Assembly: GCA_050293845.1 (NCBI GenBank)
Contig: JBNKNM010000007.1
Location: 1 to 64,000 of the forward strand
From: Pseudobacteriovorax sp.
Lineage (GTDB): Bacteria; Bdellovibrionota_B; Oligoflexia; Oligoflexales; Oligoflexaceae
Length of the DNA: 64,000 bases
Reading direction: 5' to 3'
A model generated the notes under the pieces. It did no database searches, was not told the DNA's origin, and saw only the letters and a program-made list of their open reading frames with translations. The position numbers and the translations under genes are program-made. Each line of letters begins with the position of its first letter. Position 1 is the stretch's first letter. Shown here piece by piece: positions 20,510 through 31,628 of the stretch.

Positions 20510-22312
20510 GTGCGTAATACAGTATTCACATGGTTGACTTCTTTCTTCGTTGTGCTCGGAGTTTACGGGCCTGCGTTTTCCGCCAATGAGTTAAAATTAG
20601 TTAGCTCGCTGATGTGGGATCTTGATAATCGTTGGGTGTTTTATCCTGGAATTCAGGCTGTTACGGCTGGAGTTCATGATATTAAAAGGTTTAGGTTAGA
20701 ATTTTATGTGGACCGACCCTTAAACACCAGTCAAGTTAGTCTTGATATAAAAGGCCCATTTCTGTCCTATCATAACGCCATAAGGCAGACGCAGAGGTTT
20801 TGCAGTACTGAAGCAACTATAGACAGAATTTCTGGTCTTCCGGTTTATCAATGTGCCATTGACTTCACTCTTTTAGAAGGTTTCCCTTTTGGTCAAGTAA
20901 GTATTCAGGCTGTATTGTCTTTGGACGGAGGTGAACTTCGTCACCCTAACTTATATTTTGTTATCTCAAGACCCCATGGTTATGAGGTAGGTAATACAAC
21001 GGTTGAAACCATTGAGAAGGAAAATGGTTACCAAACTGTTTTTGAAGGCCTCTCCTTGACGAAGAATGTGGTGCAGATTAATTTGCCAGGCAATATGGCC
21101 TTAGGTAGTGGCTTTCTGGTTAAGAATCTGGATACCTTGAAATTAATTCTCCCTGAGCTGTCAGGTCTGCAGTTGGATGAAGCACACTATGTGGTTACCG
21201 CTGCGCACATTGCCCAAATGGATGAGTTAAGTTTTCTTAGAATGCATAGTAAGCTACATTTTGATTTACGCATAAGGGGGCCTTTTATCCCTCAAGCGGC
21301 AGAGCTAGTCTATTGGGATCTGCTATCTGACATCGCTATTTTGAGGCTTGAGGAGGAGAGCATACCATATATCGAGAGCGAAATGGGTATTCCCATAGAT
21401 CAATCTGGTTTGGAGCTTCGTCCGCAGGGTCTGAGTGAACGGTGCCAGGTAGAAAGTTGTGAGGGCTTTTCAATTATTGGCTTTCCCATTTCTCAGCAGG
21501 GTGCGGTGGAAGAAAAAAAAGGTGCTATCAATCCCTATATCCCTTCGGATGACACTTCCAATTTTGGTGGGTTATATAAGCTGAAATTATATCCTGAAGG
21601 GCTCCATGACCGTCAGTTTGCAGAACCAGGTATGTCCGGAGGACCTATTCTAGATAACATGGGGTATGTGGTAGGAATGGCTATCGAGCGACCTATCGAC
21701 GAGGACTCCTTAATTGGTCTATTATTTGAAACACCGCTGCGTCACCCCCAGCGAACAGAATCGTGCTTCTTAAGGTTTGACCCTAGTAACCGTTTGTTAG
21801 AGCTTAGGAATGATACTGAATATTGTTTTTATGGGAATTTAGGCTCGACAAAATTTGCTTCTGAAAACCTGCTCCAGGGTCATTGGCGGTTTCAAGAAGT
21901 GCTATCGCCTGCTCACTCCGTAGTAAGCGAAGGTTATGAAGGTGTGAATGGTCACGGTATTATCAATGGTCACGGTATTATCAACGGCAATGGAATCATT
22001 CGTTCAGAGGAAGATTTTATGACGATTCTTATCGGTCGCCATAACGTTTGCAGTGTGAATCAAGAGATTATGAAAAGTGGGTTTAAGCTGCACCCCGCAT
22101 CGTTTGATAATTTTTCGGTTTTTGGGGTGCGCTTGGTAAATGTACCGGCAAATCATATTGCTAATGATTTCGAGGGCGAGATCGTCGTAGGCTATAGGGA
22201 AAATGTTTACGATGATGTTATTCCTATTTATTCCATGCGCGAATTTATTCGTTGGTTCCATGGGAATCATGATCGGGAGGATTTACGCGACTTGATAAAG
22301 CTTGCTCCTTAG
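20510..22312 (+). CDS. Secreted trypsin-like (S1) serine protease
   Basis: GSGFLV, VVTAAH, DIAILRL and GMSGGP triad motifs; GTG start at 20510 after GGAG gives a signal peptide. Confidence 0.8.
   Translation: MRNTVFTWLTSFFVVLGVYGPAFSANELKLVSSLMWDLDNRWVFYPGIQAVTAGVHDIKRFRLEFYVDRPLNTSQVSLDIKGPFLSYHNAIRQTQRFCSTEATIDRISGLPVYQCAIDFTLLEGFPFGQVSIQAVLSLDGGELRHPNLYFVISRPHGYEVGNTTVETIEKENGYQTVFEGLSLTKNVVQINLPGNMALGSGFLVKNLDTLKLILPELSGLQLDEAHYVVTAAHIAQMDELSFLRMHSKLHFDLRIRGPFIPQAAELVYWDLLSDIAILRLEEESIPYIESEMGIPIDQSGLELRPQGLSERCQVESCEGFSIIGFPISQQGAVEEKKGAINPYIPSDDTSNFGGLYKLKLYPEGLHDRQFAEPGMSGGPILDNMGYVVGMAIERPIDEDSLIGLLFETPLRHPQRTESCFLRFDPSNRLLELRNDTEYCFYGNLGSTKFASENLLQGHWRFQEVLSPAHSVVSEGYEGVNGHGIINGHGIINGNGIIRSEEDFMTILIGRHNVCSVNQEIMKSGFKLHPASFDNFSVFGVRLVNVPANHIANDFEGEIVVGYRENVYDDVIPIYSMREFIRWFHGNHDREDLRDLIKLAP
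21947..22000 (+). repeat. In-frame 18-bp tandem repeat encoding NG(H/N)GII x3
   Basis: AATGGTCACGGTATTATC twice exactly, then degenerate AACGGCAATGGAATCATT. Confidence 0.9.
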
Positions 22313-23020
22313 TTCATTGATAATGAGAGGCTTGAAGTTTGTTTGGGGAAACTTTTCTGCAAAACCCATCAAAGAGTAAATACCTCGTGCTTCTATATTA
22401 TGATCATGTACTGCAGTCATACGGCTAGACACACCTTGAGAATCGATGGTTTTATAGAGTGTAGTAGTGTTTGAATCTCTGGACCAATGAAGCTGAAAAT
22501 ACTCTTCTCCGTTGCGGTAAATGACATCGAATTCAGAAATCTTGCCAAATTCCAAAGAGCGAAACCTAAGGTCAATGGGGCCATCCCCGCGAAACATTCG
22601 CCAATTGTTGTTTGCATATTTGGGTTCCACATGTTCAGGTTTTATTTCTAATGCGGAGTAACCCTGACGAAATGCTTCGATGAATGACTGTAAAAAAATG
22701 AGGGAGCGATGGTCATAATGATGAAATTTGCATCCAGTAAGTCCGCGACGATTGTGAATGGGTGCTAATCTAATGGGGCACTCCTGACCGCAAATATGTA
22801 GGATGGCTTCTAGTTCATCTTCCTGGGATAAGTTGGAGGATTTAGCTAGAGCGAGTCCCCCATAACTAATGTCGAGAATATCAAGCTTACGATCTCGGAA
22901 GATCAGATGAAAAAAAGGGTAACCTTTTAAGGGAAAGCGATTATGACGACGATTTTCTACTAACCCGCTTTGCAGGGGTTGGTGACTACCGAACAGAAGA
23001 TTTAATGGCCAAAAATTCAC
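22283..23020 (-). CDS. PilZ-domain c-di-GMP receptor protein
   Basis: RRHNR (RxxxR) and DISYGG (DxSxxG) motifs. Confidence 0.8.
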   Translation of the reverse strand: MNFWPLNLLFGSHQPLQSGLVENRRHNRFPLKGYPFFHLIFRDRKLDILDISYGGLALAKSSNLSQEDELEAILHICGQECPIRLAPIHNRRGLTGCKFHHYDHRSLIFLQSFIEAFRQGYSALEIKPEHVEPKYANNNWRMFRGDGPIDLRFRSLEFGKISEFDVIYRNGEEYFQLHWSRDSNTTTLYKTIDSQGVSSRMTAVHDHNIEARGIYSLMGFAEKFPQTNFKPLIINELRSKLYQVA

Positions 23021-23052
23021 ATTCTTTCTCTTTGCTAAAAATACCTTCTAGG

Positions 23053-23080
23053 ATATCGGTTGAGATTCTGTCATACTTGA
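23053..23080 (-). promoter_or_regulatory. Putative sigma28-type promoter of the PilZ gene
   Basis: Minus strand TCAA-N16-ACCGATAT. Confidence 0.45.
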
Positions 23081-23134
23081 GGTCAGAGGTCCCCATGGGG
23101 ATTAGGGATTAGAATCTGACCAACTTATTACAAG

Positions 23135-23163
23135 TTGACCGGATGCACTTGCTGTGATATGGT
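23135..23163 (+). promoter_or_regulatory. Putative sigma70 promoter of the rimP operon
   Basis: TTGACC-N17-TATGGT with extended TG. Confidence 0.55.
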
Positions 23164-23282
23164 CCCGATAATCTGGGTGAGAAGGCTATTGCCATCCGGA
23201 TTTTGAAGTCATGAATGCTATCGTGATGCCTTGCGGTCCTCCAGTTTTGGGGATATAGCTGGGCTTTTTTATTGGAAAAAGA

Positions 23283-23741
23283 ATGAATCGAGCCACTAGA
23301 AATGAAATTATAAACCTTGTGGATCAAGCCATTAAGCCCATCGAGCAAGAGTGTATTGAAGTGGAGTGGGTGGCTGGAGAAAAGATTCTACGAATTTTCA
23401 TTGATAGCCCCCATGGTATTGACATGGATGACTGCTTGCAGGCCAATCAGATCGTAAGCGAAATTGAAGCCATAGACAGTATGATCCCTGGGCAGTATCG
23501 ATTGGAAGTTAGTTCTCCGGGGGTTGATCGACCCCTAAGAACGTTGGCTCACTTCGAACAGGTCATCGGAGAGACAATTCGAGTCAAACTCATCGAAAAG
23601 GTTGATAATAGTAAGCAGGGTAGCGGTCAGCTACTAGGAGTTGACGATCTTAGTACGCTCCGTATTGCAAGAGAGAATGGTGAGTGGCATGTGCCAATAA
23701 AGCTGCTTAATTACGCAAATTTGGTATATGATTGGAATTGA
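23283..23741 (+). CDS. rimP: Ribosome maturation factor RimP
   Basis: LRIFID and LEVSSPGVDRPL motifs; upstream of nusA. Confidence 0.96.
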   Translation: MNRATRNEIINLVDQAIKPIEQECIEVEWVAGEKILRIFIDSPHGIDMDDCLQANQIVSEIEAIDSMIPGQYRLEVSSPGVDRPLRTLAHFEQVIGETIRVKLIEKVDNSKQGSGQLLGVDDLSTLRIARENGEWHVPIKLLNYANLVYDWN

Positions 23742-23787
23742 GTTATTTGGTCTCTGGGGCCAATCCAGTAATTAATTATTAATACCC

Positions 23788-25362
23788 ATGAGGTACAAAA
23801 TGACATTGTTAGACAGTTCTGAACTTGAATCGGAATTAAGAAAAGTCATTTCTGGAGTCAGTCGCGATAAAAACCTAGACAAAGCTGTTATTGTAGATGC
23901 TCTTGAGCAGGCTGTTGTTCATGCTGCTCGAAGGTCTTTGGGAGCTACTTCCGACCTTGAAGCCCACTACAATGAAGAAACAGATGAAATAGAACTATAC
24001 CAATTCAGAACTGTGGTTGACGACGATGATGTAGCCAACGATCAACTAGAGATTGCCCTGGCTGATGCTAAGCAGCTAGACTCCGAAACTGTCATGGGAG
24101 ATGCCTTAGGGGTAAAAATAGATACCTCCAAGTTTGGGCGCATAGCGGCACAATCAGCGAAGCAAATTATTGTGCAAAAAGTACGTGACGCTGAAAGGGC
24201 TCAGATTCACGAAGAATTTTCTGATCGCGTTGGCGAAATATTGAGTGGCTACGTGCGAAGGTTTGAGAGAAATGATATTATAGTCGATCTTGGCAGAACA
24301 GAAGCTGTTATTCCTTACAAGGAGCAGGTTCCCACAGAAAAGTTCCGTGTTAAAGATCGGATCCAAGCTTATGTGTTGGATGTTAAAAGATCATCTCGGG
24401 GGCCTCAGGTGGTAATGTCACGGGCACATCCTGGATTTTTAATCTCTTTGTTTGGTCAGCATGTTACTGAGATTTATGATGGAATTGTAAGTATTGAAAG
24501 TGCCGCACGTGATCCAGGCTATAGATCAAAAATAGCCGTTTATTCGAAAGATTCCACAGTAGATCCTGTCGGAGCTTGTGTGGGTATGAAGGGAGCGCGT
24601 GTCCAAGCAGTAGTGAATGAGCTTAATGGTGAAAAAATCGATATAGTTCCCTACGACCATGACCCTGCTCGACTGGTATGTAATGCATTAGCTCCGGCAG
24701 TCGTCTCAAAGGTTATCGTTGATGAAGAACGGCAGAGCATGGAAGTGGTGGTTGCTGACGATCAGCTATCTCTGGCTATCGGAAAACGAGGCCAAAATGT
24801 AAGGCTTGCAGCTCAGCTGACAGGTTGGCGTCTTGACATCAAGAGTGAGTCCTCTATTGAAGAGAAGCTAACAGATGCGAAGAATGTTCTTGCAACTATC
24901 GAGGGAGTTAACGATATGATGGCTGAACTCTTAGTCCAAGAAGGGTATAATACGCCAGCAGAGGTTGCAGAATTATCGCCGAGGGCTTTATTGCGATTAC
25001 TAAATTTAGAGCAAGATCAAGCTCTTGCACTTATAGAGAACGCCCAAACTGTTGCAGAACGCTTGAGGCATTCGTTGCCAGAGAATATAGAGCCAGAGCT
25101 GCTTGCTAATGCTTCTGCTAACCCTGTTTTAGAACCGGAGGTGGAAGAAAATGATCAAACTAACGACCAAAGAGTTAGTATATTTTTGCAGCTATCAGGG
25201 GTTGGCGAGGCGACAGCCTATGCCTTAGCAGATGGCGGTTATGGGACTATTGGAGATATTATTGCAGATACAGCTGAAGAGGTCGCGCAGAAGACTGGGC
25301 TTTCCCTAGGGGTCGCTCGTACTGTCCAAATGGCAGCGGATCGATATTTGCAATCTGAATAA
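23788..25362 (+). CDS. nusA: Transcription termination factor NusA with acidic HhH C-terminal repeats
   Basis: FGRIAAQSAKQ, DPVGACVG and LAIGKRGQNVRLA motifs. Confidence 0.98.
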   Translation: MRYKMTLLDSSELESELRKVISGVSRDKNLDKAVIVDALEQAVVHAARRSLGATSDLEAHYNEETDEIELYQFRTVVDDDDVANDQLEIALADAKQLDSETVMGDALGVKIDTSKFGRIAAQSAKQIIVQKVRDAERAQIHEEFSDRVGEILSGYVRRFERNDIIVDLGRTEAVIPYKEQVPTEKFRVKDRIQAYVLDVKRSSRGPQVVMSRAHPGFLISLFGQHVTEIYDGIVSIESAARDPGYRSKIAVYSKDSTVDPVGACVGMKGARVQAVVNELNGEKIDIVPYDHDPARLVCNALAPAVVSKVIVDEERQSMEVVVADDQLSLAIGKRGQNVRLAAQLTGWRLDIKSESSIEEKLTDAKNVLATIEGVNDMMAELLVQEGYNTPAEVAELSPRALLRLLNLEQDQALALIENAQTVAERLRHSLPENIEPELLANASANPVLEPEVEENDQTNDQRVSIFLQLSGVGEATAYALADGGYGTIGDIIADTAEEVAQKTGLSLGVARTVQMAADRYLQSE

Positions 25363-25391
25363 GAAATAATCTTTTGGGGGACTCGGATCGG

Positions 25392-28300
25392 ATGTCCAAA
25401 GTTCGTGTTTATGAGCTAGCTCGTGAGCTAAAAATCGAAAGCAAGGTGCTTGTGTCCAAGGTAAAGGATATGGGGATCGATGTGTCGAGTCATCAGAGTA
25501 CCTTGAGTGCAGACCAGGTGGTTCGAATTAAACGGCAATTACAAGGCGGCTCTAGTGACTCTGCTAAAGCTCCTCGTGTGATTAGGCGTCGCCGGAAAGA
25601 GGTGGCGGCTTCTCCTAAACCAGAGAGTGCTACACCAAAGGAGCATGAAAAACAGGAAGCAGTGGCATCACAGCCAGAAAGCCCCGTAAAAGAAGAAGAA
25701 CAGAAACCTATCGTACAGAAAGAGCATCAACCTCAGGAAGAGAAGCAACCTGAGGTTGCCGTGGCAGAGACTGCTGCAGAGCTAGTGAAGGAGGTTTCTA
25801 AGGAAGATCAAACACTTAGCCATGGTGTGACAGACGAAAAGGCACCAGCTGTGGCTAAGTCTAGTGATAGCATCGAAACCCCCCCTAGCACGGAACAAGC
25901 CAAACCTCAAGAGGCCGAAGTAAAAGCAGAAGCGGCGTCAGAACCAGCCCAAACTGCTCAAAAGGACAAGCCGCAGGAGTCTGAGGTTAAGGCGGAAGCC
26001 GTTGCACAATCAAAGGAAAAATCTGTGAGTACTGCTAAAGCTGAAAGTAAACCGGCTAGGTCCAGTGGAGGAGCAACCATTGTTCGCAGGGCGACAAAGG
26101 AAGAGGTTGCTAGAGTTCAGCGCGATAGGGAAGAAAAAGCTGAAAGGCGAGTGCATAAAGGGCGTGGCTCCGATCAGCGACGCGGTGGCCCCCATCGTGG
26201 CTCTGGTGATCGGGAAAGAAGTCCTGGAGGAGTTCACGCAAGACCTGGTTCTGACCGGGATCGCCCTAGAGATGGCTCGTTTCGACCGCCTCAAAGTGGT
26301 CAAGCCCAGGGTAGGGGAGAGCGTCCTTCACAACCGAACGTTGCGATCAGTGCCAGTGACTTTGATCCAGGCTTAAACCCTGAGAAACAGCACGATCGCG
26401 TACGCGATAAGAAAAAGGCGACCCCATCGTACAACGAAGCTACAGATGATTCCGCCAGTGTAAAAAAAGCTGTTTCGAAGATGAAGCGCGATCAGTTTTC
26501 GGTGCGCAATATATTAAGCCAAATCGACTCTGATGATGAAGAGACTCCGGTTGTGGCTCCAGGTCGCAAAAAAACGGTCTATACTCCCCAAGCTTCAAGT
26601 CGCAAAAGGGATATTAAGCGTCGCAAAGATCTCAAAAAGACGCAAATAACAACGCCCCGTGCCGCCTATCGGGTGGTGAAAATGGGTAATGAAATTACCG
26701 TAGCTGACCTTGCCAAACAGCTATCGGTTAAAGCCTCTGAGGTCATTAAAAAGCTTATGGGTCAGGGGATCATGGCGACGATCAATCAGAATATAGATTT
26801 TGACGTCGCTTCCATAATCGCTTCTGAATATAAGTTTGAAGTCAAGAGTAATATTGTTTCTCTTGAAGACATATTAGCTGCCAAGAAGCAAGCTTATGCG
26901 CAAGCGGATCAGGTAGAAAGACCACCAATCGTTACAATTATGGGTCATGTTGACCATGGTAAAACTTCAATTCTCGATGCTATCCGCAAAGCTAAAGTTG
27001 CAGCTGGTGAAGCTGGAGGAATTACCCAACATATTGGTGCCTATAAAGTAGATAAAGACGGTAAGGAAATTGCCTTCCTCGATACTCCAGGTCATGAAGC
27101 TTTTTCGGCTATGCGATCAAGGGGGGCTCAGGTAACAGATATTGTAGTTCTCGTTGTAGCAGCTGACGATGGGGTCATGCCTCAAACCATTGAAGCCATT
27201 TCCCATGCAAAGGATGCTGGTGTACCGATCATCGTTGCGGTGAATAAAATTGATAAGCCTAATATCAATCTTGATCGGGTATATACTGAATTGACCGAGC
27301 ATGGCATTCAATCAGAAGAGTGGGGTGGCGACACCCAGTTTGTAAAAGTGTCGGCACTGCAAGGTACAGGCCTTGATGACCTATTAGAAGCTATTCTCCT
27401 TCAAGCGGAGATCTTAGAACTGCATGCTGCCATTGAAGTGCCAGCAACAGGTGTTGTGGTGGAGGCCCATTTGGACCGCGGTCGTGGTCCTGTGGCAACG
27501 ATGATTGTTCGGCAGGGTACCTTACATGTTGGTGACTTTCTTGTGGTAGGAACCAAAGTGGGGCGTGTGCGAGCGATGCAAGATCACTTGGGTCGTAAGC
27601 TAGAAAATGCAGGTCCCTCTACACCTGTAGAAATTATAGGACTATCAGAAGTGCCTATGGCTGGGGACAGCATTGATGCGGTGGAAAGTGAAAAACAAGC
27701 CCGTGAGGTAGCAAACTGGAGGGAAGAAAACGAACAGCGTGGTACTAGCTCTAAATCTAGTGCGGCTTCTTTAGACGAGTTGTTAAGCCGGGTAAAAGAA
27801 GCTGAGATGCTTGAAGTTCCTGTGATTATTAAAGCTGATACCCAGGGGTCGGTGGAAGCCGTAGCAGAAGCTGTTCTAAAACTCAATACCGACCGGGTCC
27901 GGAATAAGATTGTTCATAAGGCTGTTGGTGGTATCAATGAGTCAGATATCTCCCTTGCCGAAACTTCTGGGTCCGTTGTTTTAGCATTTAACGTGCGAGC
28001 TGCCAGAGGGTTAGACGATGAAGCCGATAAACGCGGTGTACCCGTTAAGTACTTTAGCGTTATCTATGAGATTGTCGATGTTATCCGAGCTATTATGGCA
28101 GGGAAATTACCTCCGGTGCAGAAGGAAGTTGTGATTGGCCATGCGGAGGTGCGTGATACCATTAAAGTGCCTAAGGTAGGACTCGTTGCTGGTACTGCTG
28201 TAACCGATGGTAAGGTAACCAGAAACTCTAGTGTACGATTAATTCGCGATGACGTTGTCATATTTAGCGGTCGTGTAGGTTCATTGCGGCGGTTTAAAGA

Positions 28301-28421
28301 TGATGTCAAAGAAGTGGCGCAGGGGTATGAGTGCGGTATTGGTATCGATGGTTATCAAGATATTCGCATTGGCGATATTCTAGAAACCTTCGTTATTGAA
28401 GAAGAGGCTCCTACTCTTTAG
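25392..28421 (+). CDS. infB: Translation initiation factor IF-2
   Basis: Start MSKVRVYELA; GHVDHGKT, DTPGH and NKID GTPase motifs. Confidence 0.99.
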   Translation: MSKVRVYELARELKIESKVLVSKVKDMGIDVSSHQSTLSADQVVRIKRQLQGGSSDSAKAPRVIRRRRKEVAASPKPESATPKEHEKQEAVASQPESPVKEEEQKPIVQKEHQPQEEKQPEVAVAETAAELVKEVSKEDQTLSHGVTDEKAPAVAKSSDSIETPPSTEQAKPQEAEVKAEAASEPAQTAQKDKPQESEVKAEAVAQSKEKSVSTAKAESKPARSSGGATIVRRATKEEVARVQRDREEKAERRVHKGRGSDQRRGGPHRGSGDRERSPGGVHARPGSDRDRPRDGSFRPPQSGQAQGRGERPSQPNVAISASDFDPGLNPEKQHDRVRDKKKATPSYNEATDDSASVKKAVSKMKRDQFSVRNILSQIDSDDEETPVVAPGRKKTVYTPQASSRKRDIKRRKDLKKTQITTPRAAYRVVKMGNEITVADLAKQLSVKASEVIKKLMGQGIMATINQNIDFDVASIIASEYKFEVKSNIVSLEDILAAKKQAYAQADQVERPPIVTIMGHVDHGKTSILDAIRKAKVAAGEAGGITQHIGAYKVDKDGKEIAFLDTPGHEAFSAMRSRGAQVTDIVVLVVAADDGVMPQTIEAISHAKDAGVPIIVAVNKIDKPNINLDRVYTELTEHGIQSEEWGGDTQFVKVSALQGTGLDDLLEAILLQAEILELHAAIEVPATGVVVEAHLDRGRGPVATMIVRQGTLHVGDFLVVGTKVGRVRAMQDHLGRKLENAGPSTPVEIIGLSEVPMAGDSIDAVESEKQAREVANWREENEQRGTSSKSSAASLDELLSRVKEAEMLEVPVIIKADTQGSVEAVAEAVLKLNTDRVRNKIVHKAVGGINESDISLAETSGSVVLAFNVRAARGLDDEADKRGVPVKYFSVIYEIVDVIRAIMAGKLPPVQKEVVIGHAEVRDTIKVPKVGLVAGTAVTDGKVTRNSSVRLIRDDVVIFSGRVGSLRRFKDDVKEVAQGYECGIGIDGYQDIRIGDILETFVIEEEAPTL

Positions 28422-28452
28422 CTCCTCAATTTTAGTAGAATATAATTTTCCA

Positions 28453-28487
28453 GCCCCGGAAGACCAAAGAGCTTCACGGGGTTTTTT
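28453..28487 (+). terminator. Putative intrinsic terminator between infB and rbfA
   Basis: GCCCCG-GAAG...CTTC-A-CGGGGT stem followed by a T run. Confidence 0.6.
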
Positions 28488-28510
28488 AGGTATTTCAAAG
28501 GTGGTAAATC

Positions 28511-28861
28511 ATGGGACTTAGGCAGGAAAAATTAGCAGATGAGATTCGCGATATTTTAGCGTCATGTTTTCTAGGGGGCAAGATGTCCGATCCTAGGCTG
28601 GAGTCGGTGACCATCACAGCTGTCAAATTATCAGCTGACCTACAGATTGCCTCCGTATACTTTCGACTCTACGAAGGGGCAGAACTTGAAGCTTCGCAAG
28701 CAGCTCTGCGTTCTGCTAAAGGATATCTCAAAAAGAAGTTGTCGAAATCTTTGGATATTCGAAGAGTTCCTGAACTGAGGTTTTTCTTTGACGAGAGCAT
28801 CGAACAAAGTTCACGCATAGAAGAATTACTACGAAAAATTGACTCTGAGGAGGGTGAGTAA
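28511..28861 (+). CDS. rbfA: Ribosome-binding factor A
   Basis: SDPRL and RRVPELRFFFD motifs. Confidence 0.96.
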   Translation: MGLRQEKLADEIRDILASCFLGGKMSDPRLESVTITAVKLSADLQIASVYFRLYEGAELEASQAALRSAKGYLKKKLSKSLDIRRVPELRFFFDESIEQSSRIEELLRKIDSEEGE

Positions 28862-29833
28862 TTGGGGCGTCGCGGTGTAAAACAGACCTTTCATGGTATG
28901 CTAGTCGTCAATAAGCCCTATGGCATGATATCAAAAGATGTCTCAAGGTGGTTAGAAAAGCGTATTGGTCGGGAAAAGATTGGTCATATGGGAACATTAG
29001 ATCCCTGTGCCAGCGGTGTACTGCCTTTACTTTTTGGTAAAGCAACAAGGTTGCAGGATTACTTGTTGAATATGGATAAGGCTTATCAGTTCGAAATTAC
29101 TTTTGGGCAAGCTACGGAAACCATGGATGTTGCAGGAAAGGTTTATGAGGAAGGTCCATGGGACCACGTAACAAGAGAGGACTTAGAAGCCATCTGTCAG
29201 GACTTGGAAGGGGAGTTTTTGCAAGTTCCTCCCATCTACTCGGCGCTGAAATATAAAGGGAAGCCACTTTATGAGTATGCAAGAGAGGGGCGTCAGGAGG
29301 AAGTTCCTTTGGACTCCTTCAAAAAAACTGTTGAAATAAAATCGCTCAAGCTTTTAAAGTTTAAAGGGAAAGAGGCAAAGTTTTCAGTAGTTTGTTCAAA
29401 GGGAACGTACGTACGTGTCATTGCGCATACCATCGCAAGACGCGTCCATACCTGTGGCCATGTAACCGAGCTTATACGCACCCAAGCGGCGGGATTTGAT
29501 CTCGATCAGGCTTTGGGTCTTGATGCTATTGAAAAGTTCGAAGGAGTTTTTGCCGACCTACTGATTCCTCTTAGTGAAATCGATCTCCCTTTGCCCAAAT
29601 GGATTGTCCCGGATCAGGAAACCACCAGGAAGTTGAAATTAGGGCAAAAAATGATGGTTGATATGCGCTACTTTGAAGAAGGTTTGAGTTATAAAGGCTT
29701 AAAAAGGCTGTCTTTAAGGGCCATTGATAGTATTTTGCTTTTAGATAATAATAACGAATCATTTGGAATAGGTAGCGCCATGGCTTTAAATATGGGGCGT
29801 ATGGCAATACAAATGAGGAGAGGACTCTCATGA
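28862..29833 (+). CDS. truB: tRNA pseudouridine(55) synthase
   Basis: [18 protein letters not shown] and CSKGTYVR motifs. Confidence 0.96.
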   Translation: MGRRGVKQTFHGMLVVNKPYGMISKDVSRWLEKRIGREKIGHMGTLDPCASGVLPLLFGKATRLQDYLLNMDKAYQFEITFGQATETMDVAGKVYEEGPWDHVTREDLEAICQDLEGEFLQVPPIYSALKYKGKPLYEYAREGRQEEVPLDSFKKTVEIKSLKLLKFKGKEAKFSVVCSKGTYVRVIAHTIARRVHTCGHVTELIRTQAAGFDLDQALGLDAIEKFEGVFADLLIPLSEIDLPLPKWIVPDQETTRKLKLGQKMMVDMRYFEEGLSYKGLKRLSLRAIDSILLLDNNNESFGIGSAMALNMGRMAIQMRRGLS

Positions 29834-30993
29834 CAATACAAAATAAAGATTATCTATTTACTTCTGAATCTGTAAGCGAGGGTCATCCAGACAAAGTCGC
29901 GGATCAGATTAGTGACGCCATTCTTGATGAGCTTTTAAAACAAGATAAAAAATCCCGTGTTGCTGTAGAAACACTCGTTAAAACAGGTCTTGTCGTTATC
30001 GCTGGGGAAATCACCTCGGATGCTCGCGTCGACTATGCTGCCGTTGCACGTAAAGTTATCGCCGACATTGGTTATAACGATGGAGAACTAGGTTTTGATG
30101 CCAAAAGCTGTGGAGTTATTACGGCCCTAGATCAGCAGTCAGCCGATATCGCTATGGGTGTAGATGAAGGGGGTGGTCTGCATACAGAGCAGGGTGCCGG
30201 CGATCAAGGCATGATGTTTGGTTATGCCGTTAATGAAACCCCAGAGTATATGCCTGCTACTATTAGCTATGCTCATAAGCTGCTAAAGTCTTTGTCGGAG
30301 CACCGCCGCAATGCAACAGTTCCGTTTTTGCGCCCTGATGCGAAAAGTCAAGTGACAGCGGAGTACATAGATGGAAAATTAAATCGCATTGATGCTGTCG
30401 TTCTTTCCACTCAGCATAGTCCCGATGTATCCCATGATGAGCTGAGTAAGTTTGTTGTAGAAGAAGTCGTGAAAAAAGTGATCCCAGGTGAGCTGCTAGA
30501 CGATAAAACCAAGTACCATATTAACCCCACTGGACGTTTTGTGATTGGGGGGCCTCAAGGAGACTGTGGACTCACAGGTCGTAAGATTATAGTTGATACC
30601 TACGGGGGGCATGGAGCTCACGGAGGCGGAGCTTTTTCTGGTAAAGATCCATCCAAAGTCGACCGCTCTGCAGCCTATATGGGACGTTACATTGCAAAGA
30701 ATATTGTCGCCGCTGGCCTTGCAAACCAGTGCTTGGTTCAGCTAGCTTATGCTATTGGCGTTGCGCAACCTGTTTCTGTATATGTAAATTCTTATGGAAC
30801 AGGCAAGATTTCCGATCTTAAAATTGCAACGGCTGTGCAGGAATGCTTTAGACTTACACCGGTGGGAATCGTGGAGACTTTTGATCTGTTAAGACCCATT
30901 TATCGTGAATCTGCTTCCTATGGGCACTTTGGAAGGGAAAACTTTCCTTGGGAGCGTACTGATAAAGTTGATGCGCTGAGAAAGTTTCTTTAA
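29830..30993 (+). CDS. metK: S-adenosylmethionine synthetase
   Basis: [17 protein letters not shown] and GGGAFSGKD motifs. Confidence 0.99.
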   Translation: MTIQNKDYLFTSESVSEGHPDKVADQISDAILDELLKQDKKSRVAVETLVKTGLVVIAGEITSDARVDYAAVARKVIADIGYNDGELGFDAKSCGVITALDQQSADIAMGVDEGGGLHTEQGAGDQGMMFGYAVNETPEYMPATISYAHKLLKSLSEHRRNATVPFLRPDAKSQVTAEYIDGKLNRIDAVVLSTQHSPDVSHDELSKFVVEEVVKKVIPGELLDDKTKYHINPTGRFVIGGPQGDCGLTGRKIIVDTYGGHGAHGGGAFSGKDPSKVDRSAAYMGRYIAKNIVAAGLANQCLVQLAYAIGVAQPVSVYVNSYGTGKISDLKIATAVQECFRLTPVGIVETFDLLRPIYRESASYGHFGRENFPWERTDKVDALRKFL

Positions 30994-31018
30994 ATTTAAG
31001 TGCCATTAGCATTTTTTC

Positions 31019-31627
31019 TTGGCTAACCACCATTCTCCCGACTATACTGGGAGGATGGATAACAAACCAAATTTAAACCGAAAAAGACTATATCTGGTCA
31101 ATCGAGATTTTCAGCTACGCTATGTAGGAGCAGCTGTGACGGTTGGCATACTATCAACCCTTTTGACTTTGGTCCTGATTCTTTTCCCCTTATACCAGTT
31201 TGAAATTTTGAGAATTCCTCGATTCTTACCCCTACCTATCCTTGCACTCATGACTTTAGCTGCCGTTGCTAATGTAGCTATGATAGGGGTTTTAGGCATT
31301 TTTATCACCCACCGCCTTGCTGGGCCTATGTATAGCCTCGTAAAGCATTTCCGCCTTATCGAGGAGGGCTGCTGGGTCAGCAATATTCGACTCCGTGAAG
31401 GCGATGATATGAGGTATGTTGTACGGAACTTTAATGGTATGATGGCGTCGATTAAGCAAAGGACTCAATCAGACCTTGAGCAATTAAAAATGATGCAATC
31501 TCTCAGCAATGAAGAAAATTTAGAAAGCTCGGAAAAGTTAGAGAGAATTAGTAATCTTATTTGCGAGTTAGAGGCAGAAGTGAGTTCCCGTCTGTCCTCC
31601 CCCAGTATGAATACAATGGTAAAATAA
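31019..31627 (+). CDS. Two-TM membrane protein with a HAMP-like domain
   Basis: Two hydrophobic segments followed by THRLAGPMY...LREGDD; start uncertain. Confidence 0.6.
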   Translation: MANHHSPDYTGRMDNKPNLNRKRLYLVNRDFQLRYVGAAVTVGILSTLLTLVLILFPLYQFEILRIPRFLPLPILALMTLAAVANVAMIGVLGIFITHRLAGPMYSLVKHFRLIEEGCWVSNIRLREGDDMRYVVRNFNGMMASIKQRTQSDLEQLKMMQSLSNEENLESSEKLERISNLICELEAEVSSRLSSPSMNTMVK

Positions 31628-31628
31628 T

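Noticed and set aside
25600..26050. Repeated KPQE(A/S)EVKAEA in the IF-2 N-terminus
   Set aside because: Low-complexity, variable linkers are normal in IF-2.
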